This document shows, piece by piece, positions 16,874-24,150 of a DNA stretch of 24,214 nt. The DNA is taken from positions 1 through 24,214 of the IMG/VR virus record IMGVR_UViG_3300034151_000064; one strand, written 5' to 3'. Numbering within the stretch: position 1 is the stretch's first letter; every line of letters starts with the position of its first letter. The notes beneath the pieces were generated by a model. The model worked only from the letters and a program-made list of their open reading frames with translations, did no database searches and was not told the origin of the DNA. Both the position numbers and the translations under genes were made by a program. Source of the stretch: a virus (Duplodnaviria; Caudoviricetes).

Positions 16874-17123
16874 AGATCCCCCGCCGATGGTGTAAGCGGA
16901 TTTGTTGGCGGATCGTGAGCGTGAAGTGGCGGATCATCCCTTCCGCATTCTCGGGATGATCACGGGTGCATCCCGCCAGGATCCGCCCGAGCTCATACGA
17001 GAGTGCCGCCGCAATTTCCGCGGCCCCGTCGTGGGCGAAATTCTCCACAAGCCACACCATGAGCCGCTCTTGAATTTCCACCGCCCGCTTGGCATCAATG
17101 GGATCATCCACGGGGTGTGTCAC
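16866..17123 (-). CDS. Hypothetical protein
   Basis: 85 aa; overlaps both neighbours in a coupled - strand operon. Confidence 0.65.
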   Translation of the reverse strand: MTHPVDDPIDAKRAVEIQERLMVWLVENFAHDGAAEIAAALSYELGRILAGCTRDHPENAEGMIRHFTLTIRQQIRLHHRRGIYE

Positions 17124-17668
17124 TTTTCCGCGGTTTGCTCGGCATCTTTCGGGTTGATGTAAAAGGGTTTCGCGGTGCGAATATACCCGCCACCCTTCCG
17201 TTTGAGATAGCCCCGCCGCACATAGGGCCCCATGTGTCGCACATTCACCCCGAGCTCTACGGGGATAAACGGATCCTTGAGATCAAATTTAGCCAGGGCT
17301 TCCGCGGTGCGTTGGCGTTGTGCTAAGTATTTCGCCAGATCTCCAGGGCTCTTCCGCTTTTTCTGTTTCTTTCCTGGCTTGGTGCCCGCTCGGTATTTTG
17401 CCTTACGGGCCCGCCATAGGGCCCGCCGCCGCTTTTCATCCATCGCCACCGCCGCCCGCTCGATAGTCGGAAGCCCATTCCCGTTACCGTTAGAGCTCTC
17501 GTGGTGTTTTTGAAATGCGGCGGATTTACGATCCCCACCCACCCGCGGCACGGGTGATGCTGACAGCAACGCCATGGTGGCCCGCACCGTGGCCGCGGCA
17601 TTCTCGTGGTAAGCCAAGAGCCGTAATAGACGATCACTCACTGTGGGATTAGCTGGCATGGGCTCCAC
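17120..17668 (-). CDS. Basic hypothetical protein, possible C-terminal DNA-binding domain
   Basis: 182 aa, Lys/Arg-rich; GGAG RBS; C-terminal YVRRGYLKRKGGGYIRT resembles a wHTH wing. Confidence 0.65.
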   Translation of the reverse strand: MEPMPANPTVSDRLLRLLAYHENAAATVRATMALLSASPVPRVGGDRKSAAFQKHHESSNGNGNGLPTIERAAVAMDEKRRRALWRARKAKYRAGTKPGKKQKKRKSPGDLAKYLAQRQRTAEALAKFDLKDPFIPVELGVNVRHMGPYVRRGYLKRKGGGYIRTAKPFYINPKDAEQTAEK

Positions 17669-18143
17669 TCCGTTTTTCTAAACGCTCCACACGGATTGTG
17701 TGGGCGATATTGCGGCGGGCGGCTTTACGGGCTTTGGTGTCTTTCTTTTCTTTGGCCCGCTCGGTTTCGTCTTTGTGCTTGAGGGATGCAAACGTGATCG
17801 GGCTTCCGCGGTGCTTCGCAAACCAATTGAGTAGTGGGGCATCCCCGCCAAGCCCTTTGACTTCAAAAGCCGCCCCGAGCACCGCCAGGGATACCGCCCC
17901 GAGCCGCGGGATCGCCAGTCGATCAGGGTGGATGTGCTCAAACACTTCGCGGGTATCTTTCACCCGTAATTCTGTATTGAGCAATTTGGAGAGATTAGCC
18001 GCGGCGGTGAAATTAAAACACGCCACTTTCGAGAGTGCCGAGCGGTCAAAGAGATCCCGCCCGATACGGAGCACCGCGGTTTTTTGCCGCTCCGTGATAT
18101 ACGCCACCACCGATTTGCCGAGAATCGCCGCGGAGAGATCCAT
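17649..18143 (-). CDS. Hypothetical protein
   Basis: 164 aa; GGGGGTAAGG upstream of the ATG; IPRLGAVSL could be an HhH-like motif. Confidence 0.7.
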   Translation of the reverse strand: MDLSAAILGKSVVAYITERQKTAVLRIGRDLFDRSALSKVACFNFTAAANLSKLLNTELRVKDTREVFEHIHPDRLAIPRLGAVSLAVLGAAFEVKGLGGDAPLLNWFAKHRGSPITFASLKHKDETERAKEKKDTKARKAARRNIAHTIRVERLEKRSGAHAS

Positions 18144-18162
18144 TGAACCTTACCCCCATAGG

Positions 18163-18201
18163 AAAAGAGCCGCCGCGGGTGGGTAGTGCCCGCGGCGGCT
18201 C
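18163..18201 (-). terminator. Intrinsic terminator / attenuator after the integrase gene
   Basis: Perfect 13-bp stem GAGCCGCCGCGGG (18167-18179 / 18189-18201) followed by TTTT on the - strand, 4 nt past the int stop. Confidence 0.75.
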
Positions 18202-18205
18202 GGGT

Positions 18206-19462
18206 TTAGCCCGTCTTTTTCACGAGAGCCAGGGCCCCGCGGCCCCGCTTTTTTGTGGGTGTGGGTGGTGGGGCCCCGTGTAAGTGCTCGTGCATTTTGG
18301 CCATGGCCGCGGCCACCCGCTCCGATACCGCGGCACCCGTATAGCGTTTAGTGGTTTCCAAGTTTGAATGCTGCATGAGCTCCGCCACCGCACGGAGATC
18401 CCCCGTGACTTTGTAAGCAAATGTCCCAAACGAGTGGCGGAGATCATACGGGTGGCATTTAGGCGGGAGCACATGGAGCCATGCGTCTAAGGGAGCTCGA
18501 TCCCCTGAGTGCATGGCTTCCAACGTGAGCCGCTCGGTAATGCGGCGGATCGCACCCTTCCACGCTTTCCCCATGGAAGAGCGGGAAAACTTTTTACCCC
18601 ACAAATTGGCCGCACCGAAAGCCACAAAAGCCGCCACCGCTTCCGGAAAGAGCGGGCCCACCCATACACCGTCTGAGCCCTCACCCTTCCGCCGCGGGGT
18701 GAGAAAGACACGCCCACCGAGCATGGAGACACCATCGGGAGAAAGACACCCCAAGAGATCCACATGGCCCTTTTCGAGCCGCTCCAATTGGGCGGGCGGA
18801 GCTCCCGTATACGCCATGAGCGTTAGGCGGATCTTGGTATGGCTCACGGTGCCACGCTTCCCAAACCGAGCCGCCCGCCCACGATCAGGAATAGCCGCCA
18901 GGATGAGCCGCACCGCTTCCATAGGGATGCCCCGTTGGAGCGGCTTGGGCTCACGGAGTTTTTTAATCCGATCCGTGGGGTGCGGGGTATCTTCCCCGTC
19001 CATTAGATCGTAAAAGCGGCGGAGTGCCCGCACACGGTGATTCACGCTTGAAGCCGCCGCCCCGCCGTCTTTCCATGCGGTGCGCTGTTTACGTATGTCT
19101 CTACGGGTGAGCTCGTGGCGGTGGAGCGATCCGAGTGGGCTCTCGATCCAATGCTGCATAAGCGAAGTGAAATCGGCCCGCTGGCCCTCTTCGATCATCG
19201 TGAGCATTTCCGCCACATCGGCGGCTATGGTGCCCTCACGAGCCGCCCGCGGGAGCTCTTCCAATAATTCCGCTTCCGCTCGGGCTTGCCACGCTTTCAT
19301 TTTGTCCACGTGGGTGGAGAGCGGAAATTTGGTGCTCCGCGGGATCTCTTCCGTGGATTTCGATCCCTTCCGTTTTGTCACGTAGTAGAAATTTTTCTCT
19401 CGATAGATCCCTGGGGCCCCAGGAACGGGGATCCGCCGCTTCGTAATCTTGTGACGTTTCAT
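18206..19462 (-). CDS. int: Tyrosine recombinase / integrase with an atypical box I
   Basis: 418 aa; AASSVNHRVRALRRFY core-binding region; box II YDLRHSFG...VAELMQHSNLETTKRY; box I reads YTGAPPAQL instead of TGxRxxEL. Confidence 0.92.
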   Translation of the reverse strand: MKRHKITKRRIPVPGAPGIYREKNFYYVTKRKGSKSTEEIPRSTKFPLSTHVDKMKAWQARAEAELLEELPRAAREGTIAADVAEMLTMIEEGQRADFTSLMQHWIESPLGSLHRHELTRRDIRKQRTAWKDGGAAASSVNHRVRALRRFYDLMDGEDTPHPTDRIKKLREPKPLQRGIPMEAVRLILAAIPDRGRAARFGKRGTVSHTKIRLTLMAYTGAPPAQLERLEKGHVDLLGCLSPDGVSMLGGRVFLTPRRKGEGSDGVWVGPLFPEAVAAFVAFGAANLWGKKFSRSSMGKAWKGAIRRITERLTLEAMHSGDRAPLDAWLHVLPPKCHPYDLRHSFGTFAYKVTGDLRAVAELMQHSNLETTKRYTGAAVSERVAAAMAKMHEHLHGAPPPTPTKKRGRGALALVKKTG

Positions 19463-19480
19463 ACTGCGATTGCGTCTTTC

Positions 19481-19666
19481 CTAGTTTGTGGTGGTGTTAC
19501 CACCCGATTTTGTTCCGCTCCGCGGTGGGCGGGTGCGGGGGCGATTCCAATACGGACTACGACACCGCGGGCACGTGGCGGGTAAAGCATCTTTGAAACG
19601 GGGAAGCCATTCATGCCCGCACCGCTCACACAAAAATCCAAAACGGGTGATGCTGATTCGGGCCAT
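19481..19666 (-). CDS. 61-aa zinc-ribbon protein (CxxCGHEW.PR...CPxCxSPYWN)
   Basis: MARISITRFGFLCERCGHEWLPRFKDALPATCPRCRSPYWNRPR; first gene of the leftward operon, directly upstream of int. Confidence 0.75.
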   Translation of the reverse strand: MARISITRFGFLCERCGHEWLPRFKDALPATCPRCRSPYWNRPRTRPPRSGTKSGGNTTTN

Positions 19667-19853
19667 AAAACCGCCCGAAAATTCTTTCCTGTGCAATCCC
19701 CGTAAACAATATACGGCCCTCTGCGTAGCATAATACGTATAGTGGTGCTTATTTTTGCATAAATTTGTGTCAGTTATTTGACACACCGCAAGGATCCGCC
19801 GTAAAACGTCCTTTATACCCTGGGATATTTGAGCTCCCCCACGCTCAAATATC
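19667..19853. promoter_or_regulatory. Divergent control region with a palindromic operator
   Basis: AT-rich gap between oppositely oriented operons; TGTGTCA-N6-TGACACA at 19766-19785 overlaps a perfect TTGACA (19778-19783). Confidence 0.65.
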
Positions 19854-20318
19854 GTGCAAGCCGCCGACCTAAGCCCCGCCGTGGTTCCCTGGCGGCGGAG
19901 CTTTCTTACTAGTCAGGGATGGCCCGCTCTTCCCGCTCGGGGGTGTCCTTTGGTGAAACGTCGCCGCCCCGCCGCCGCTACTTCCGCCGCCGCTTCGCTG
20001 TCTGATGTGATTGCCACCCGCACCGTGGCCGCGATCCCTGTGCTCTTAACGCTCCGCGATATGGCCGCGATCTATCGCGTCAGCGTGGGCACCATCCGCC
20101 GCGGGCTCCAAGCGGGCACATTCCGCCCCATCCCCTGGGATAAATACCCGTATCGGTGGAACCCGTCCGATGTGGAGCGGGATTTAGAAACCCGCCGAGA
20201 TCTCCGCATGAGAGATCATGGCCGCTTCAATAAACACCGTTTGAGATCCGCCAAGGTCGAAAGCCCGAGCAAGCGGGGGAATGGGAAAAAGCGATCCGGC
20301 GGGAGCTCCACGCATTAG
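19854..20318 (+). CDS. Excisionase/Cox-like HTH DNA-binding protein
   Basis: LLTLRDMAAIYRVSVGTIRRGLQAGTF.P....YRW; the true start may be GTG 19953; first gene of the rightward early operon. Confidence 0.75.
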   Translation: MQAADLSPAVVPWRRSFLTSQGWPALPARGCPLVKRRRPAAATSAAASLSDVIATRTVAAIPVLLTLRDMAAIYRVSVGTIRRGLQAGTFRPIPWDKYPYRWNPSDVERDLETRRDLRMRDHGRFNKHRLRSAKVESPSKRGNGKKRSGGSSTH

Positions 20319-20344
20319 GCCCCGCAAGGGCATCAGGGCGGGCC

Positions 20345-20716
20345 ATGAAGTGGTTTCAATTGGAAAGTGATATGCCGCACGATCCCAAGATCCGAGCGGT
20401 CACACGGGCTCTAGGGCCCGCGGGGCTCGGTGGGCTCACCGCGGTGTGGTGTCATGTGGCCCGCCATGGGGCATCCCCAGGGCGGGCGATTAATTCACGG
20501 CGGGATCCGCTCCCGTTGGAAGAGCTCCAAGACGCCAGCTTATTACCCGCGGCCCAATTCGGTGAATTACTCGAAATCTGCTTAAAAACTCGCCACTTCA
20601 AAGTGGAAGAGTGGGAGCGGTGCCGCGGCATTTGGATCCCCGCCATGGAGCGGCGGGCAGATCGTTACACAAAAGAACAAACGAAACGACAGCAAGGAAC
20701 TTTACCGCTCGATTAA
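20345..20716 (+). CDS. Short replication-initiator-like protein (replisome organiser N-terminal domain)
   Basis: MKWFQLESDMPHDPKIRAV...GPAGLG....VW matches the N-terminus of phage replisome organisers; followed directly by repeats. Confidence 0.65.
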   Translation: MKWFQLESDMPHDPKIRAVTRALGPAGLGGLTAVWCHVARHGASPGRAINSRRDPLPLEELQDASLLPAAQFGELLEICLKTRHFKVEEWERCRGIWIPAMERRADRYTKEQTKRQQGTLPLD

Positions 20717-20720
20717 GGCG

Positions 20721-20978
20721 GTATGTGCAGAGTATGTGCAGAGTATGGCCAGTCACTACACATGTTCTGCACTAACAAACAAACAAACAAACAAAGAAAC
20801 AAACGGTAATACGTCTGTGGAAACTGTGGAAAACCGAGTAAAGCCGAGCGTTTGTAATTACTTAGCTTGTGGAAAGCGTGAATTTGTCCACGGGGGCCAT
20901 GAAAAAGGGTGCGTGATCCGTGTCGGAGAGGTTTGACGCGGAGGTAGATCCCGCTCCCACCCTGGCACCCGTGGACAA
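20721..20978. other. Putative replication origin: iterons, (ACAA)n tract and DnaA-box-like 9-mers
   Basis: GTATGTGCAGA x2.5 (20721-20747) plus inverted TCTGCAC (20766-20772); ACAA repeats 20774-20804; TGTGGAAAC, TGTGGAAAA, TGTGGAAAG, TTGTCCACG and CGTGGACAA. Confidence 0.6.
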
Positions 20979-21017
20979 AAAGATCGGGAGTAATACGAAA
21001 ACCAAAAGAGGGCTCTT

Positions 21018-21587
21018 ATGAGATTACCGATCATCGCCACGCTTGTGCTCGGGTGTATCGCTTGCGATATTCGCTTAGATACCGCGGGCACCCCCGCGGT
21101 GCCCACGAGCCCCACGGGGCCCACGATCACCGTAACCAATACCAATACCAATACGAGCACCACGGATCGCACGGGCACGGACACCGAGCCCACCCCGAGC
21201 GGTGGCGGTGGGAGTAATGCCACGCTCCCATTACCCGCGTATGGGGAGCGAGTCACGCGGGATGTAGCCGCGGCCAATCCCGCATTGCTGGCGAATAGCT
21301 GCCAGGAAGTGAGCGGGGAAAGTGCGTGGCAATTTCTCGATCTGGTAATCCGAGAGCTCCGCGATCAAAACGGGGATCAACGGTGGGGCTACCTCTGCAA
21401 AGATGCCGCGTGTATGGCGTTTGCTCGGGATGTAGTCGCATACAAAGCCAGCACGACGGAAAGCGGCATTTGGATTGTGGATGTAATTGGAAATCATTGC
21501 CCTGGCCCGAGCGATCCGCCGCCCACAGTGCGGTGGGGTGTGCTCCCGTTTGAAACGGTGCGGAAATGGGCCACGGCTCGGCGGTAA
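21018..21587 (+). CDS. Predicted lipoprotein with a Thr/Pro linker and a Cys-containing C-terminal domain
   Basis: AAGAGGG RBS; signal MRLPIIATLVLGCIAC with a lipobox-like Cys; low-complexity linker; domain containing RWGYLCK...RDVVAY...IVDVIGNHC. Confidence 0.8.
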   Translation: MRLPIIATLVLGCIACDIRLDTAGTPAVPTSPTGPTITVTNTNTNTSTTDRTGTDTEPTPSGGGGSNATLPLPAYGERVTRDVAAANPALLANSCQEVSGESAWQFLDLVIRELRDQNGDQRWGYLCKDAACMAFARDVVAYKASTTESGIWIVDVIGNHCPGPSDPPPTVRWGVLPFETVRKWATARR

Positions 21588-21787
21588 GGGCTCAATTGGT
21601 GCTCCCGCTCGGGCTCAATGACGCCACGAGCCCGCCAGGGCACCGCATACATGCGGGGCTTTACCCCACGGGGAAATGGTGGGAGCCCTGCGAAGTAATG
21701 TGCTCGGCGTGTGGGTATCGAGAAATGGCCCGCACGGTATGGGCGGCTCAAACGCTCTCATTTGCTCACGATGCCACCCATGTATAG
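21566..21787 (+). CDS. Small hypothetical protein (CxxC, HxxxH)
   Basis: 73 aa; overlaps both neighbours in the operon. Confidence 0.5.
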   Translation: MGHGSAVRAQLVLPLGLNDATSPPGHRIHAGLYPTGKWWEPCEVMCSACGYREMARTVWAAQTLSFAHDATHV

Positions 21788-22034
21788 AGAAAAACTTCCG
21801 CGGCCCACGGTGGAATTAATCCGCTCCATGCAAAACGTGGGGGAAATCTTGGACGCCACCGCCGTGGAAATGGAAAAGCAATTACACCGAGCCCCACGAG
21901 CGGTGGCGTGTGCTCGGGTTTGTGCGGCCACGTGTTACCAAGCCGCCCACCGCATAAAAGAGCTCGCCACGCTCGTGGAAGAAATCGCCCCGATTATTGA
22001 CACGCGAAAAACGCCACGGAAAAAACGGAAATGA
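21771..22034 (+). CDS. Hypothetical protein
   Basis: Start probably ATG 21771 or 21780; stop overlaps the next gene (ATGA). Confidence 0.55.
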   Translation: MPPMYREKLPRPTVELIRSMQNVGEILDATAVEMEKQLHRAPRAVACARVCAATCYQAAHRIKELATLVEEIAPIIDTRKTPRKKRK

Positions 22035-22447
22035 ATACTCGTGAAGCGTGGACGCAATTTGCCAAGAGTAGCGGTGATCCTGTGCCAAAACGCCGGCAAA
22101 ATAAATACGGGGCGCAGAAATTCCTTGTGGACGGGATCGCGTTTGATAGTGTGCGGGAAGCGGATCGCTACCAAGAGCTCAAATTACTCATGGCCGCGGG
22201 CTTAATTTCCAATTTAGAGATCCATCCTGGCTTTCCCTTGCAAGTGGTGGAGCTCTTCCGCGAAGGGCCCCCGTGGACAATAGACACCATCGGGATGTAT
22301 CACGCGGATTTCAAATACTTAGATCTTCACGCGGGCATGTGGGTGGTGGAAGATGTGAAAAGTAAAGCCACCAAAACGGAAGCCTACAAGTTACGGAAGC
22401 GGATCGTGGAAAGTGTCCACGGTATAGCCATACGGGAGATTGAGTAA
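22031..22447 (+). CDS. DUF1064-like PD-(D/E)xK nuclease
   Basis: NKYGAQK..VDGIAFDS..EA.RY.EL, YHADFKY, VVEDVK and T..YKLRKR signatures. Confidence 0.88.
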   Translation: MNTREAWTQFAKSSGDPVPKRRQNKYGAQKFLVDGIAFDSVREADRYQELKLLMAAGLISNLEIHPGFPLQVVELFREGPPWTIDTIGMYHADFKYLDLHAGMWVVEDVKSKATKTEAYKLRKRIVESVHGIAIREIE

Positions 22448-22682
22448 TTATGCGGGTGCGTGTTATCGCCCAAATTATCCTAATCGCCTTACTCGCGGGC
22501 TTTGTGTGGGCTTGCTCTTTGGCCATAGAAGGGCATTTAGCGGATGCCCCGCGGGATCCACCATGCCCACAAGCCGAGCCCTAATCACGTGCCCGCATTG
22601 CGGTGGGCGATTAGCGATCAGTGTTTTGCGCGGCGGAAAGACATAGCCAGGAAAGCCGCCCGCACCCGATGGGAAAAGCATC

Positions 22683-22946
22683 ATGGCAAATTGGCGAGTA
22701 GCGGAACCACGGATCGCCCTGTTTTGTAAGTGCGGAGCTCAGTGGTTTGGCCGCTATCTCAAAACCGCGGCGGGGAATATCGAGAGCCACCGCCAACGGT
22801 GCGGCGGGCCCATTCCCGCCCAAACGTATGAATTACTCGGGCATCGGATCATATGGCCACGCCATTGGACGGATCACGAGCGGGCCCAAGCGAGATCCGC
22901 TTCACTCCATTTCTATGATCGTCCACAAGCGGAGCACTTGGGATGA
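22683..22946 (+). CDS. Hypothetical protein, possible Zn-binding (CKCG...HxxxC)
   Basis: 87 aa, in the operon direction. Confidence 0.5.
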   Translation: MANWRVAEPRIALFCKCGAQWFGRYLKTAAGNIESHRQRCGGPIPAQTYELLGHRIIWPRHWTDHERAQARSASLHFYDRPQAEHLG

Positions 22947-23013
22947 CACTAGCGATAGGCTTTCTTATCGGCTTTGTAATTGGCACACTCGGCTATCGTC
23001 TTTGGAAAAATTG

Positions 23014-23367
23014 ATGCAGTTTTGTGCGGAGCATGGGTGTGGTGAGCTCGTGCCCCGTGGACGGTGCCAAAAACATCTCTACACCCGTGATCGAGCTCGG
23101 GGCACATTCCGTGAGCGTGGGTATACCTCACGATGGGATAGACGATCCGCCCACTTCCGATCTATTTACCCCTTGTGTGGGATGCGGCCCAATGGACAAA
23201 AGCCCGTAATGAGCCAGTGTTACACCGAGCACCGCACCACGAGAGCCACGCAAGTGGATCACGTCATACCACACAAGGGTGATCCCGTGCTCATGTGGGA
23301 TGAGCTCGGCAATTGGCAATCCCTGTGCTCGGCGTGTCACATGCGGAAAACCGCGGCGGGGAAGTAA
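23014..23367 (+). CDS. HNH endonuclease (HK97 gp74-like, terminase-associated)
   Basis: C...GC..LV..GRC.KH, RGYTSRW, PLC, ATQVDHVIPHKGD..LMWD..NWQSLC..CH..KT; start at ATG 23014 rather than 22747. Confidence 0.92.
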   Translation: MQFCAEHGCGELVPRGRCQKHLYTRDRARGTFRERGYTSRWDRRSAHFRSIYPLCGMRPNGQKPVMSQCYTEHRTTRATQVDHVIPHKGDPVLMWDELGNWQSLCSACHMRKTAAGK

Positions 23368-23645
23368 TGGACAAACAGACACTAACTAAGCAATTCACGC
23401 GGGACCAAATCACTATTGGTGGTGTGCCATTCACGCAATTACCGAGCGTGGCCCAAGATCAGATTTGTGCGTTAGCAATACTTGCCGCAATGATAGAGCG
23501 TGGAGAATGCCGCGACTTAATTACGACACGAGCGGCAATGGATTATATATGGGGCGTAACAGACGAGCTTATGCGGGCACATTTAGAAATGGCCGCGCAA
23601 TTAGAAAAAATTGGGCGGAAAGCGTTTTGGGCGGCTCGTAAGTAA
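23367..23645 (+). CDS. Hypothetical protein
   Basis: TAATG coupling to the HNH gene gives start 23367; 92 aa. Confidence 0.65.
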   Translation: MDKQTLTKQFTRDQITIGGVPFTQLPSVAQDQICALAILAAMIERGECRDLITTRAAMDYIWGVTDELMRAHLEMAAQLEKIGRKAFWAARK

Positions 23646-23809
23646 TGCGTGTGTATTGCCCGCATTGTGGGGAAGATCGGCAGATAGAACGCACGGATCG
23701 CAAATCCGTGTATGAAATGATTGCCCCACGCTTAGAGCTCTACGTGTGGTTTTGTAACGTGTGCGGGCGGGAATTTATCGCACCACGGATAGACGATGCG
23801 AATAGATGA
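23645..23809 (+). CDS. 54-aa zinc-ribbon protein (CPHC...CNVC)
   Basis: Not in the ORF track; TAATG-coupled; MRVYCPHCGEDRQIERTDRKSVYEMIAPRLELYVWFCNVCGREFIAPRIDDANR. Confidence 0.7.
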   Translation: MRVYCPHCGEDRQIERTDRKSVYEMIAPRLELYVWFCNVCGREFIAPRIDDANR

Positions 23810-24149
23810 TCACCCCTTATGGGAAGCACTCCGCCCGTTACTCTACCCACAACGATTCAAGCGGGCTCAAAGTAATACGCGGGAGCTCTTCCGAATAGAG
23901 ATCCACGATCCTGAGACAAAGCCATTTAGGGCGGCACTATTAGGGATAGAGATCAATTGTGTTACGTGTGAGCGATTGATCCACCCCGTGCGGGCCCGCA
24001 TTGGGTGGGGCACACTTTACTTAGTCACCACGTGTGACTTACCCCGCCGCTTGGGGTGTTCGCGTCACTCGAAATGTAGGGTGGAAGTGGCCAGGATCGT
24101 GGGGCTCTTGCAAGGGCATATACACCCTAAGCAAGTGGGATTGTTTTAA
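23796..24149 (+). CDS. Hypothetical Cys-containing protein
   Basis: 117 aa; CVTC plus three further Cys; last ORF before the G-rich end. Confidence 0.6.
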   Translation: MRIDDHPLWEALRPLLYPQRFKRAQSNTRELFRIEIHDPETKPFRAALLGIEINCVTCERLIHPVRARIGWGTLYLVTTCDLPRRLGCSRHSKCRVEVARIVGLLQGHIHPKQVGLF

Positions 24150-24150
24150 C

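Noticed and set aside
17698-19385. Long + strand ORFs (17698-18186, 18513-19013, 19080-19385)
   Set aside because: Antisense shadows of the integrase operon; Ser/Arg-rich with no motifs, as expected in GC-rich coding DNA.
20736-20936. 66-aa ORF containing TNKQTNKE
   Set aside because: It is the translation of the iteron/ACAA/DnaA-box tract and lacks an RBS; kept only as a possible vestige of an initiator C-terminus.
21133-21155. ACCAAT tandem repeat
   Set aside because: It encodes the Thr-Asn linker of the lipoprotein; a 6-nt unit keeps the frame, so it is not a phase-variation switch.
22747-23013. Long N-terminal extension of the HNH ORF
   Set aside because: It overlaps ORF 22683-22946, and the gp74-like family pattern begins at Met 23014.
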